IMG/VR virus record: IMGVR_UViG_3300049982_000091
Coordinates: 1-43,039 of that record
Source of the DNA: a virus
Lineage: Duplodnaviria > Caudoviricetes
Strand: one strand, 5' to 3'
DNA length: 43,039 nt
Positions 9,840 to 18,887 of this stretch are shown one piece after another; position 1 is the first letter of the stretch, and each line of letters begins with the position of its first letter. The position numbers and the translations under genes were made by a program. The notes beneath the pieces are model-generated. The model worked only from the letters and a program-made list of their open reading frames with translations, had not been told where the DNA came from and did not search any database.

Positions 9840-10170
9840 GTTGGGCGCTCCCCCGTTTCTGAAGTACGACCTGGACGCCGGGCTGGCGCTGCTCGTCGGT
9901 CAGGCGCTTGTCGCGCTGGTCCTTCGCCTGGCACCCACGGCACACCTCGACGTGGGCGAGGTAGGCGCGGCGGTGGCCGCCCTGTTTCGGGTCCCACTCA
10001 TCCGGCCGCGTGCCGCACTGCTGGCACGTCTGCGCGGCCCGGACATGCGCCCAGATGGCCTTATCTCGGTCGTCCTGCGACCAGGCCAGGAACGCACTGT
10101 GGGCGATCTTGTAGTCGCGGCAGACCTCCAGCTCGATGGCGAGCTGGGGATCTGCCTTCAGACGGAAGGG
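9826..10170 (-). CDS. Tail assembly chaperone C-terminal extension (likely -1 frameshift product)
   Basis: Coding-like frame (WSQDDRDKAIW, CQQCG, CRGC) with no evident start/RBS, overlapping the chaperone 3' end in the -1 frame. Confidence 0.6.
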   Translation of the reverse strand, partial: PFRLKADPQLAIELEVCRDYKIAHSAFLAWSQDDRDKAIWAHVRAAQTCQQCGTRPDEWDPKQGGHRRAYLAHVEVCRGCQAKDQRDKRLTDEQRQPGVQVVLQKRGSAQHAEP

Positions 10171-10673
10171 ACGGCGCCCGAGGGCCAGCGGGCATTGACG
10201 CTGATCGCCACCAGGAACATGGATTCGCGCTCGCCGGCCGAGAGGTTCTCTGTGGCGAAGGAGTCCCAGTCCTCGGCGGACATGTCGCCGCTGGTGTCGA
10301 CGCACGCGAGGAAGCAGGCCCGCGGGAACGTCGCGCCGTCCCACTTCTCGTCGCGGCCCTCGCGCGGCGGGTGTGCGGCCACCAGGTCCTCGAAGGCCGC
10401 CGGCAGTAGCGCGGTCAGCGGTACGGGCTCGTAACACGCCTCGACCGCCGTACGGGCCGCCGCCAGGCGGGCCTCGGCGTCGGCGACCGCCTGGGCGGCG
10501 CCGTCGTCGTCGCGGAACCCTGCGCGGTCCAGTGCTTCCTTCGCTGCGTTCAGCTCGGCGACCGCGTCCGTGTCGTCATCGACCGCGAGCTGGTAGTCCA
10601 CGGTCGGGCGCTTGCGGGCCAGCAGGCGTTCCCGCCGGCCCGCGCCCTTCGTCTTCGTCTTGGCGGTGGTCAT
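10158..10673 (-). CDS. Tail assembly chaperone
   Basis: Between major tail and tape measure genes; FEDLVAAHPPR motif. Confidence 0.75.
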   Translation of the reverse strand: MTTAKTKTKGAGRRERLLARKRPTVDYQLAVDDDTDAVAELNAAKEALDRAGFRDDDGAAQAVADAEARLAAARTAVEACYEPVPLTALLPAAFEDLVAAHPPREGRDEKWDGATFPRACFLACVDTSGDMSAEDWDSFATENLSAGERESMFLVAISVNARWPSGAVPSV

Positions 10674-10675
10674 GA

Positions 10676-11185
10676 TCAGCCCCCGGCAGCGGCCGGGATG
10701 GCCACGTCTTCGGCCGGCTCGCTCGTGATGGCGAACATCACGGTGATGTCGGCGTCCGCGTTGTCCGGGATGCTCTTACCGGCCGAGGTGACCTCGACGG
10801 GGAAGACATCCATGGTCTGGGCGGCGACGTCGCCGCCCCACATGATCAGTACGTAACCCTTGGTGCCGCGCGGCAGAATCTCGCGGATGTCGTGCGTGTC
10901 CAGGGACTGGTAGAAGACCAGGCTGGAGTCCGCGACGCTGGTCCGGCCGGGCGTCTGCGAGGTGAAGCGCGAGCCGTAGTCGGGCGCGTCGATCATGTTG
11001 CTGGAGACGTTGAAGCCGTTCACGGCGCTGACTTCGTTCATCAGCTCCTTGCCGGCGTCGATCTGGGCGCGCGTCGGCGCGGCCTTGTCGAAGGTCGCGG
11101 GCGTAACCGGTTCCGGGATGAAAACGATCTTCGTGATCTCCGGGGCGAAGAACCGATCCGCCTTGTCGATGACGGGTGCGGTCAT
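10676..11185 (-). CDS. Major tail (tube) protein
   Basis: APTRAQIDAG...IDAPDYGSRFTSQTPGR...DVFPV; AAGGAAGG RBS; synteny. Confidence 0.85.
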   Translation of the reverse strand: MTAPVIDKADRFFAPEITKIVFIPEPVTPATFDKAAPTRAQIDAGKELMNEVSAVNGFNVSSNMIDAPDYGSRFTSQTPGRTSVADSSLVFYQSLDTHDIREILPRGTKGYVLIMWGGDVAAQTMDVFPVEVTSAGKSIPDNADADITVMFAITSEPAEDVAIPAAAGG

Positions 11186-11403
11186 CACTCACCTTCCTTG
11201 TGGGCGCGCCGACGGCTCGCCGGCGCGGTCTGGTCCGGCGCCGGGTCGGCCGGTGGGTCCTGGTCGGCCTGGTCGGCCTGCTCGGCCTTCGGCGTCTCGT
11301 CGGCTGGAGTCCAGCCGGACGCCTCCCAGTGCGGGACCGCCGACGGCGGGACCTGGGCCTCGCCGGCGGACGGGTGGACGATCTTGACGGTCTTCACGGG
11401 CAT
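11185..11403 (-). CDS. Small hypothetical protein
   Basis: GAGGAG RBS; SAVPHWEASGW motif; stop/start overlap with the major tail gene. Confidence 0.7.
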   Translation of the reverse strand: MPVKTVKIVHPSAGEAQVPPSAVPHWEASGWTPADETPKAEQADQADQDPPADPAPDQTAPASRRRAHKEGE

Positions 11404-11412
11404 CTCCTCGGG

Positions 11413-11826
11413 TTAGAAACCGGTCTCGGCGGCGGCCTGGTCGAGGGCCTCGCCGAGCGCCTCGACCACGCGGCCGGCGCCTTCCTGTACCGAGCGGTAA
11501 AAGAAGGGGCGGGCCGCGTGCGGATACCAGTGCTCGCGGTCGCCGAACAGGGGCGCGCGGAACGGGTCGCCGCTGATGCCCTCGTAAGGGCGGGCATGTG
11601 GGGCGCGGGCGGCGTTGGTGCGGAACCGGACGCCGATCGCGGTACTGGACGCGGTCATCGAGATGGCCGAGGGGATGCGCGACGACCAGGACGCGTGAGA
11701 GCGCATCAACTCCAGGACGCCGCGGCCGGCGGTCAACATGTGCGGCCGGGCGGCCTTGCGGAACGCCGGCGGCAGCTCGCCCAGGTCGCCGATCAGCGCC
11801 TGAAGCTGTGAGCGGTCGACGCTCAT
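11413..11826 (-). CDS. HK97 gp10-like tail completion protein
   Basis: APHARPYEG...AARPFFYRSV motif; synteny. Confidence 0.75.
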   Translation of the reverse strand: MSVDRSQLQALIGDLGELPPAFRKAARPHMLTAGRGVLELMRSHASWSSRIPSAISMTASSTAIGVRFRTNAARAPHARPYEGISGDPFRAPLFGDREHWYPHAARPFFYRSVQEGAGRVVEALGEALDQAAAETGF

Positions 11827-12275
11827 CTGGTGTTGGCGTCCACGTGGAAGGTGACGAGCAGCGTCGCGGCGGCGCCGTCGGTGGTCTGCTCAGGCACGTA
11901 CGTTTCGGCGCTGATACGGCAGCGCTTGACCAGGCCGCCGAGGCGCGGGTTGGCGGCCAGCGCGGCGCCGAGCGCGTCGAGCAGCGCCAGGGCGCCGTCG
12001 CGGGCGGCCTTCAGGTTGTTCTCGCCGCCGAGCCAGCAGCACAGCAGGCACGCGACGTCGTATGACTCGGTATCCGGGCTGGTGGCGTACTGCTGCCGGG
12101 ACCTGGTCGACGTCACGCCGGGCTGGTCCGGGCCGCCCCAACCGACCATGATCAGCTCGCCGGCCATCAGCTCGGTTGGTGGCCCGTCGAACACCTGGAC
12201 CTCGGGCAGCGCCGTACGCGCGAGGGCCACCAGGGCGTCGAGGACAGGCCCAATGGTCGAGACGGTGGCCGCCAT
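11823..12275 (-). CDS. Tail terminator-like protein
   Basis: ATG in TGATG overlap; VQVFDGPP and ANPRLGGLV motifs; synteny. Confidence 0.7.
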   Translation of the reverse strand: MAATVSTIGPVLDALVALARTALPEVQVFDGPPTELMAGELIMVGWGGPDQPGVTSTRSRQQYATSPDTESYDVACLLCCWLGGENNLKAARDGALALLDALGAALAANPRLGGLVKRCRISAETYVPEQTTDGAAATLLVTFHVDANTR

Positions 12276-12874
12276 CAGCCCACCAACAGGTCGTCGGTCG
12301 GGTTGGCGCCGAGGCCGAGCAGCTCGCGGACACGGATCGGCAGGGCGTACGCGGCGCCCGGCATGGTGACCTGGTCGCCGCCGAACCCCGCCGGCAGGCG
12401 TTGACTGGCGTTGTTGAGCTTCGACGCCTTCCACAAGTGCCCCGCCAGCTCCAGCGCGGCGAGGCGGACGTTGGCGGGTACCGGGGCGCGGCCGGCGAGG
12501 TACGTCACGCGGACGCGCCGGGACACGGCGCCGGTGACGAGCAGGACGCCGCCGGCCGCGAGGGTCCAGCCGTGGGCGTTGGTGAGAGGGTCGGCGGCCG
12601 GGACTACTTCACCGCCAGGAAGCGCCTCGACCGCCGACACCTCCGCGACGGGCCAGTCCGGGAGAACTGCCCCGTCACGTCCTGGGCGCCGCCGGCGAAG
12701 CGTGACGTCGGCGGTCGCGGCCACCGGCGACACCTGGCCGACGCGGTCCACAATCGCCGCGCACGCTGCCGCCACGAAACCGGCCAGTTCGGCGTCATCG
12801 GCGCCGGCGGTCTTGCTCATGTGCGTCTTCAGCTCGGCAACCGTGATCCACGGGTCAGGCGTCGCAGTGATCAC
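12275..12874 (-). CDS. Head-to-tail adaptor (gp6/gp15-like)
   Basis: ITVAELKTHM...VTYLAG..PVPANVRLAALEL...LPIRVRELL; GTGA overlap. Confidence 0.8.
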   Translation of the reverse strand: MITATPDPWITVAELKTHMSKTAGADDAELAGFVAAACAAIVDRVGQVSPVAATADVTLRRRRPGRDGAVLPDWPVAEVSAVEALPGGEVVPAADPLTNAHGWTLAAGGVLLVTGAVSRRVRVTYLAGRAPVPANVRLAALELAGHLWKASKLNNASQRLPAGFGGDQVTMPGAAYALPIRVRELLGLGANPTDDLLVG

Positions 12875-13092
12875 TTGTCGGCGGCCTTCGCGCGGACCTT
12901 GTTCGCCGGGGCGGGCTTCGCCTTCGCCTCGGGCTCGGGCTCGGCGTCGGCCTTCGTCTTCGGCAGCTTGTCGACGTCGCCCTTGGCGATCTGGTCGCCA
13001 GGCGCATAGGCGAGGGCGACGGCGTCCGGGTCGCCGTCGAGGACCAGGCCGCCGTCCTCCGTACGCCAAAGGCGTTCGGTTGCCGTGGTCAT
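12871..13092 (-). CDS. Small hypothetical protein
   Basis: ATGA overlap; C-terminal APANKVR motif; tight operon packing. Confidence 0.7.
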   Translation of the reverse strand: MTTATERLWRTEDGGLVLDGDPDAVALAYAPGDQIAKGDVDKLPKTKADAEPEPEAKAKPAPANKVRAKAADK

Positions 13093-13271
13093 ACCTGCAC
13101 ACCAACCTTCGTCCACACGGTGGCCGCGAGGGTCCCGGTGTTGATGTAGAGGACGCCGTTGGTCGAGTCGATGACCAGGTCACCCTTCGCGGCCTGGCCG
13201 TTGAAATCGTTGTTGGCGGGCGCGCCCGCCTTGCTGAAGGGGCGCTTGCTGGCGCCCTCGATGACTGCCAC
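13089..13271 (-). CDS. Small hypothetical protein, possible head decoration
   Basis: AGGAAGG RBS; GDLVIDSTNGVLYINTGT..WTKVG; immediately after the capsid gene. Confidence 0.6.
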   Translation of the reverse strand: MAVIEGASKRPFSKAGAPANNDFNGQAAKGDLVIDSTNGVLYINTGTLAATVWTKVGVQV

Positions 13272-13292
13272 GCGGCTGCCTTCCTGTTGGAA

Positions 13293-13336
13293 GCCGAAGG
13301 GCGCCCTGCCACGGGGAAGGCAGGGCGCCCTTCGGC
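13293..13336 (-). terminator. 18-bp perfect stem-loop after the capsid gene
   Basis: GCCGAAGGGCGCCCTGCC-N8-GGCAGGGCGCCCTTCGGC. Confidence 0.7.
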
Positions 13337-13354
13337 GCTCGGGTTGGGACGGGG

Positions 13355-14593
13355 TCAGATGCCGGTGACGGAGCAGATCGCGGCCGGCCGGTAGACCACC
13401 AGCGCCACGCGAGTGTCAGCCCTCACCGCTTGCTTCCCCTCTGTGAAGAACGTGCTGTGGGAGTTGCTGACCTGGACGTCGATACCGCGCCGGGTGTCCA
13501 GCTCTGTGAAGGTCGTGTCGAGCACCAGGCCGGTGTTCTGCGTGAGCGCGTCGGACTGGGCGATCGGCAGGCCCCACATGCGCGCCGGGCCGGCGTCGGA
13601 CGGGCTACCCCAGATGTAGATGCCGTCCGCGGTCCGCAGCAGGCGGACGTCCTGCCAGTCGAGCGGGTTCATCACGATGGCGTTCGGCATGGCCCGGCCG
13701 GTGACCTGGACCTGGACCATCGCCTTGTAGAAGGCGTCCGGCGTCGGGTCGGTGCCCTTCGCCATGGTCTGGATTCCCACGGTGTTCAGGAATCCGCGCA
13801 GGTTCGGCGCGGTGCCGTCGCCGACCAGGATCTGGGCGTCGAGGCGCTGCCGAAGCATGAACGGCAACCTGTTGTTGATGTAGCCGCGGGCCTGGGGGAC
13901 GTCTTCGAGCTGCTCGTCCGTGACCGGCAGGAAGGTGGCGATCTTCCGGACCGGGCTCGACTTCTCGGTCAGGCCCAGCGCCGACTCGACGTAGGGCGAA
14001 CCCTCCGCAGTCTCGGCCGCGTTGTTGGTGAACGTGGTCTCTTCCATGTAGACCACGGCGGCCTGACTGGTCGTATTGCCGGGGACCAGGTCGATGACCT
14101 GGATCGGCCGTACGGCCATGTCGACCAGGTGGCCGGTCCGCGTGGTCTCGGGCGTCCAGCCGGCCGCCGTGGTCATCAGCGCCTTGACGTCGATGTCCAG
14201 GGACGCCTCGGGCCCGATCGACCCGCGCTTGCCCTTGAACGCCACGGACTCGGTGAACAGGTCGCCGAGCGACTTCACCTCGACGCCGCGACCATCGGCC
14301 GGCCGGCCGTCGCCGGGCTCGCCGCCGCGGGCCTTCGCCTCGGCGTCGGACTCGGCGCCACGGACGCCCTCGGCCGCCTTCGCGACCTGCTCCAGGCCCT
14401 CGACCTTCTGGGCCAGGTCGTCCACCTCGGCGTTCTTCGTACGGATCCACTCGACCACCGCGGCCGAGTCGCCGTCGACCGACTTCACCTTGGACATGTC
14501 CAGGGTGTCGCCCGCCTCGGCGAACACGTCGCGCAGCGACTTACGAGCGGCGTCGAGGCGCCCGCGGGCCTCGGTCAGTGCGGGGAATTCCAT
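13355..14593 (-). CDS. Major capsid protein, HK97 fold, with N-terminal delta domain
   Basis: VRKIATFLPVTDEQLED, QILVGDGT..NLRGFLN, AIVMNPLDW, RMWGLP and YRPAAI motifs; AAGGAG RBS. Confidence 0.95.
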   Translation of the reverse strand: MEFPALTEARGRLDAARKSLRDVFAEAGDTLDMSKVKSVDGDSAAVVEWIRTKNAEVDDLAQKVEGLEQVAKAAEGVRGAESDAEAKARGGEPGDGRPADGRGVEVKSLGDLFTESVAFKGKRGSIGPEASLDIDVKALMTTAAGWTPETTRTGHLVDMAVRPIQVIDLVPGNTTSQAAVVYMEETTFTNNAAETAEGSPYVESALGLTEKSSPVRKIATFLPVTDEQLEDVPQARGYINNRLPFMLRQRLDAQILVGDGTAPNLRGFLNTVGIQTMAKGTDPTPDAFYKAMVQVQVTGRAMPNAIVMNPLDWQDVRLLRTADGIYIWGSPSDAGPARMWGLPIAQSDALTQNTGLVLDTTFTELDTRRGIDVQVSNSHSTFFTEGKQAVRADTRVALVVYRPAAICSVTGI

Positions 14594-14610
14594 CGCTGTG
14601 TTTCTCCTTG

Positions 14611-15327
14611 TCAGGCGATGTCACGAGCGACCGCGCGCAACCATTCGCGCGTGATGTCGTCCGTTTCGGGGGTGGTGGGCTCGGGCGCCTCGCCGAGGAC
14701 GTCGCGCAGACGCTTCAGCTCTGCCTCGATCCGCTCGACCAGCTCGGCCGAGTCGGGAGACAGGCCCTTGCCCTTTTCGCGCCGCATCGCCATGACGTCA
14801 GCGGCTCGGTCACCGAAGGCGGCGAGCGCGGCCAGGACCGCGGCGCCGTCGTCGGCGAAAGTCAGATTGCGGCCCTTGGCCGCGAGGGTCCGGGTATCGA
14901 CGCCGGCGCCGATCAGGACCGGCGACACCTCGTGGACCTTCAGGCCGTCGAGGAAGCGGACCTTCTGGCCGTCGTGCTCGCCGTACGCCACCTCAGTGAC
15001 GTCGTAGCCGTACGACCACTGGCCCAGCTCGCCCAGGTTCTTGACCGACTTGAACGTGTCGGCCCCATGGACGGTGTCGAGGAAGAACTGGCCTTCCAGC
15101 ACTGCCTTCGTGTCGTCGGCCCGGATGATGCCCTTGCCGACCGGCAGGGCGCCGCCCCACGACGCGTGTCCGAAGGCCGAGATCACGACGGGGGCGCCGT
15201 CAGTGAAGGCGCCCTTCCTGGTGACGTCGCCATCGGAGTCGACCACGCCGAGGGTCGAGAACACCGCGGTGACCTCGCCACGGTCGGCGTCCTTGACCTC
15301 GACGCCGCATAGCGTCTTGGTGTCCAT
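14611..15327 (-). CDS. HK97-family prohead protease
   Basis: DSDGDV..KGAF, GH, PVGK, WSYGY and HEVSPVLIGA motifs. Confidence 0.9.
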   Translation of the reverse strand: MDTKTLCGVEVKDADRGEVTAVFSTLGVVDSDGDVTRKGAFTDGAPVVISAFGHASWGGALPVGKGIIRADDTKAVLEGQFFLDTVHGADTFKSVKNLGELGQWSYGYDVTEVAYGEHDGQKVRFLDGLKVHEVSPVLIGAGVDTRTLAAKGRNLTFADDGAAVLAALAAFGDRAADVMAMRREKGKGLSPDSAELVERIEAELKRLRDVLGEAPEPTTPETDDITREWLRAVARDIA

Positions 15328-15331
15328 GGGG

Positions 15332-16708
15332 TTACTCGCTTCCTGCCGGCAGTGCGGGAGGGTCGGGGGGGTTGTCGGCAGGCTTCGGCGGTGCCGTGCC
15401 CGGTGGCTGGAGTTGGACCGAGAACAGGCCGGTGTGCTGAAGCAGACTCCAGTCCTGGGCGATCACGGCGGCCACCACCGAGTCGTCGGTGTAACCGGCG
15501 TCGACCAGGGTCCGGATCGATTGCGCCTCGACGCCCTGAATGTCGGCGGCGTCGCGCTTGTCCTCGCGCAGGAAGGCGATGTCTCGGTCGTCGTACCAAA
15601 GCTCTGCGCCGTTCTGGCGCGGCAGCAGCGTGGCCAGCGACCCGGCCGCGTTCCGCCAAAGCGGCCTCATGGTCCCGTCTGCCAGGCGCCGGCGGCTCGC
15701 CGAGTAGTTACCGGCGTTCAGGCTCGACCCTTGGAGGCCCTCGGAAAACCCGACGATCACGGACGGGACGCCGGCCGCCGCTGCCAGGCGGGACTCGCCG
15801 GCGCCCTGCGTGGCCTTGAAATCGAGTTGCTTCATGTCGGCGCCGAGCACCTCGGCGTTCGCGCCGCCGCCCAAATAGATGGTCTTGTACGCGTTGTCGA
15901 CGCCCTTGTGTTGCTCCTCCATCAGCGCCATGAAGCGCTCGAAGGACTCGGGCTTAGTCGAGGCGTCAACCGATACGACAACCTGGGGCGATACGCCGTT
16001 CTCGAAGAACTTCCACTTGTGGAGCGTGGCCGCCGAGTCGCTGGAGATCTCGCGCAGCACGGGCGTAAGCCAGCTCATCCCGCGCCAGTTGGCGAGCGGG
16101 TCCGGGATCGGCGCGAAGTGGGCGACCTGGTCCGGCAGGAGAAGGATGTCGTCGTCGCCGACGTTGCCGCGCGGCGAGTAGATGTAACCGAGCAGCTCGG
16201 CGTCCAGGGCCGCGCCGAACAGCTCGGGCTCGGTCCTCGACCCGGACACGATCGTTACCCAGTCCGGCCGAAGGCGCCGGACGTGACCGTTGATCTTCGT
16301 GAAGTAGGCGTTGCCGGCCAGATCGGCGTCGGCGATCATGCGCGTGAGCAGGTCACCGGTGGTGCCGTTCTGCCACGGGGTTTCGAGCAGGGCCAGGTCC
16401 GGAGTGCCGAACAGGGCGCCCGGCCGGCCGTTGCGCATCTGCCGCCACTGGAAGCGCGCTTCGCTGAAAATGGCCTGGCGTACGAACATGAGGGCGGCGA
16501 CCGCGCCGTTACGGCGAAGGATGCCTTCGACGTAGCCCTCAAAGTTGGTTTCGATCTCCTCGCGTTCGGACCCTGCCGTCGTAGTCGAGAATTGCGGCCA
16601 GCGCAGACGGTCCAGGTCCCACAAGGGCGGGTCTTCGTACCCGGACATGCCGGCGGACTTGCGGGCCACGGCGGCGCGCTGCGCGTTGACGCGCTCCAGC
16701 AGGCCCAT
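15332..16708 (-). CDS. Portal protein, HK97 family
   Basis: GNAYF, LRPDWV, GMSWL, FFENG and AAGVPSVIVG motifs; ATG in TGATG overlap. Confidence 0.92.
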   Translation of the reverse strand: MGLLERVNAQRAAVARKSAGMSGYEDPPLWDLDRLRWPQFSTTTAGSEREEIETNFEGYVEGILRRNGAVAALMFVRQAIFSEARFQWRQMRNGRPGALFGTPDLALLETPWQNGTTGDLLTRMIADADLAGNAYFTKINGHVRRLRPDWVTIVSGSRTEPELFGAALDAELLGYIYSPRGNVGDDDILLLPDQVAHFAPIPDPLANWRGMSWLTPVLREISSDSAATLHKWKFFENGVSPQVVVSVDASTKPESFERFMALMEEQHKGVDNAYKTIYLGGGANAEVLGADMKQLDFKATQGAGESRLAAAAGVPSVIVGFSEGLQGSSLNAGNYSASRRRLADGTMRPLWRNAAGSLATLLPRQNGAELWYDDRDIAFLREDKRDAADIQGVEAQSIRTLVDAGYTDDSVVAAVIAQDWSLLQHTGLFSVQLQPPGTAPPKPADNPPDPPALPAGSE

Positions 16709-16953
16709 CACTCGCCGTCCGGGGGCGCATTGGCGCTGCCGTACGCGGCGCGCCAACCGACCACGGCGGCGGCCCAGGTCCAGGCGAGCGCCGTCCAGGC
16801 CGCGCGGACGATCCACGCGGCGACGTAGCCGAGCAGGAACGGCAGCAGCGCCAGCAGCGTCAGCAGGGCCTTCAGCGGGTCGGCCTTCGCGGCCTGATCC
16901 CGGACGTCGTCGGCGACCGAGGACGCGCGCAGGACCAGCGTCGGCGTCGTCAT
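16708..16953 (-). CDS. Small membrane protein
   Basis: Hydrophobic segment; overlaps both neighbours. Confidence 0.65.
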   Translation of the reverse strand: MTTPTLVLRASSVADDVRDQAAKADPLKALLTLLALLPFLLGYVAAWIVRAAWTALAWTWAAAVVGWRAAYGSANAPPDGE

Positions 16954-17156
16954 CGGCCATCACCCGGCCGGTAAATGGCCATCTCCTCGACGCCGCCGAC
17001 GATCAAGACTTCGACGTCCGGTAGGGCTTCCTGGACCGCAGCCCGGACCGCGTCCACGTCTTGCGGCCGGGCGCGCTCGGCTAGGCGGAGGACCAGCGTG
17101 TCGCCTGGCCGGACGATGGCCGTCGCCTCGATCGGGAGGGACTGCGCGTCACTCAT
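16950..17156 (-). CDS. Small hypothetical protein
   Basis: MSDAQSLPIEATAIVRPGDTLVLRL; ATGA overlaps at both ends. Confidence 0.65.
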   Translation of the reverse strand: MSDAQSLPIEATAIVRPGDTLVLRLAERARPQDVDAVRAAVQEALPDVEVLIVGGVEEMAIYRPGDGR

Positions 17157-18631
17157 CGAACGATCACCCATGGCACCACGTCGTCCTCCTCTTCCTCGTA
17201 GGTCACGAAGCCCCAGCGGGCCAGCGACGCACCCATCAGCGGGGAATGCGCCGACCATCGCCAGGCGTCGGCGAGTGGCTTCTTTTCCGCGGCGGCCACG
17301 GCGGCGTCGAGCGCGGGATGTGGGACATAGCGGATGGTCGGGTCGTCGCCGTCAGCGGCGCCGGTGGCCACCACCAGCGACCCGCACGAAGCGGCCACGT
17401 CACGCGCGGACGGTTTCGTTATCTCGATACCGGCCGCTTCCAGGTCGGCGATCAGCGCGCCCGTCCGCGACCCGGCGTCGACCACCGTCGCGAGCGGGTC
17501 CCACCGCTCGCGCAGCGTCGCCATGCGGGCGACCACCCATCCGGACCCGCGGCGGTACTCGATCACCTCGATGTGGCCGACGCCGTCCGGCCTCAAGCCG
17601 TACGCGACGATCGCGGTGTATGCGCCGTCCGACGTGACGTCGATGGCGAAGGCCACGCGGCCCTCGGCCGAGCTGCCTTCGTCGGCGAGGCCGCGCCACG
17701 TCTTTTCGCTGATGATCGACCACTGGGCGTTCTTGTCGACGGGCCAGTTACCGACCGAGAGGCGCTCTCGGGCGAACCCGGCGGCGCCCATCGACGTCTG
17801 CTCGCCGGCGATGAAGTCCTGGGCGATCCGGCGGCCCATCGCGGGATTCGTCTTCACCCACACGCGCGGGTCTGCAGGGTCGTCGTGCTCGCGGCAGTCC
17901 TTCGGACACTCGTCGTTGCACAGCTCGGCGGACCACTCCAGCCAGACCAGCCGAGCGGCGTCGCCCTTCAGCGCACGGCGCCGCACGCGCGCCATGTGCT
18001 CGGCCGGGGCGATGTCCTTATCCGGCGCCGATAGGCCGTACAGAAGTTGCGGATTCGGGACCGCCGACATCGTGGGCATCAGCGCATCGACGGCGGCGTC
18101 CGGCAGGTTCTGGGCCTCATCGAGGATGTTGCAATCGCCGGTGAAGCCTCGGCCGCTCGACTTCGAGCGCGCCATGAACCGCAGACGCTGGCCCGCCGGC
18201 GTCCGCTTCGTGGGCAGCAGCTCGATGCCCTCTTCGCCCTTGGACCGAGTGACCGCCTTGACGCGCTTGCGCATCGAGGGCGTCCCGGCGATCAGCTCCT
18301 CGATCCGGCGGAACATCTCGGCGGCGGTCTTGAATTCGTGGGCCGAGTACATGATCAGGCGCTCGCGCAGGATGAACAGGCCGGCGAGGACGCGGGCCTC
18401 GAAAAACCCGCCCTTGCCGTTCTGCCTCGCGACCAGTAGCGCCACCTCGAAGGCGGCCCACCGACCGGTCGGACCCTCGCCGAGGGCGTCGTGTAGGGCG
18501 TCCTGCTGCCACGGGTCCAGGTCGAGGCCGGCGACGCGGGCCAGGCGGACCGCCTCGGGTCCGGACGTCGACACGTACGGCGGGACGTAACGATGCGTCG
18601 GGACCTGACTGCCCAGCAGCAGCTCAGACAC
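17153..18631 (-). CDS. terL: Terminase large subunit
   Basis: LDPWQ, Walker A VARQNGKG, Walker B ILDEAQ, NPAMG, nuclease FAIDV. Confidence 0.95.
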   Translation of the reverse strand: MSELLLGSQVPTHRYVPPYVSTSGPEAVRLARVAGLDLDPWQQDALHDALGEGPTGRWAAFEVALLVARQNGKGGFFEARVLAGLFILRERLIMYSAHEFKTAAEMFRRIEELIAGTPSMRKRVKAVTRSKGEEGIELLPTKRTPAGQRLRFMARSKSSGRGFTGDCNILDEAQNLPDAAVDALMPTMSAVPNPQLLYGLSAPDKDIAPAEHMARVRRRALKGDAARLVWLEWSAELCNDECPKDCREHDDPADPRVWVKTNPAMGRRIAQDFIAGEQTSMGAAGFARERLSVGNWPVDKNAQWSIISEKTWRGLADEGSSAEGRVAFAIDVTSDGAYTAIVAYGLRPDGVGHIEVIEYRRGSGWVVARMATLRERWDPLATVVDAGSRTGALIADLEAAGIEITKPSARDVAASCGSLVVATGAADGDDPTIRYVPHPALDAAVAAAEKKPLADAWRWSAHSPLMGASLARWGFVTYEEEEDDVVPWVIVR

Positions 18632-18887
18632 TGCGAAGCCGCCGGTCGTCGTGCTCGCCCAGGATGCCGTCGATCTCGTCGGCCTCGGGCTCGACCACGT
18701 CCGCGGCCAGCTCGACCAGCTTCAGCAGCGTCTCGCGCAACTGCGCGTAGTTCTGCGCGGCCGGGGTGTCGGCCATGCCGTCGTCCAGGCGGCGAGCGAT
18801 GTCCAGCGCCAGCGCGGCCAGCGACGTGTCTGCGACGTCCGGGCCCCAGCGCTTCAGGTCGGCGGCCACCGCGCTTTCGAGACTCAC
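18624..18887 (-). CDS. Probable terminase small subunit
   Basis: Short helical protein (LALDIARRLDD...QLRETLLKL...DEID) overlapping the terL start. Confidence 0.65.
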   Translation of the reverse strand: MSLESAVAADLKRWGPDVADTSLAALALDIARRLDDGMADTPAAQNYAQLRETLLKLVELAADVVEPEADEIDGILGEHDDRRLRSV

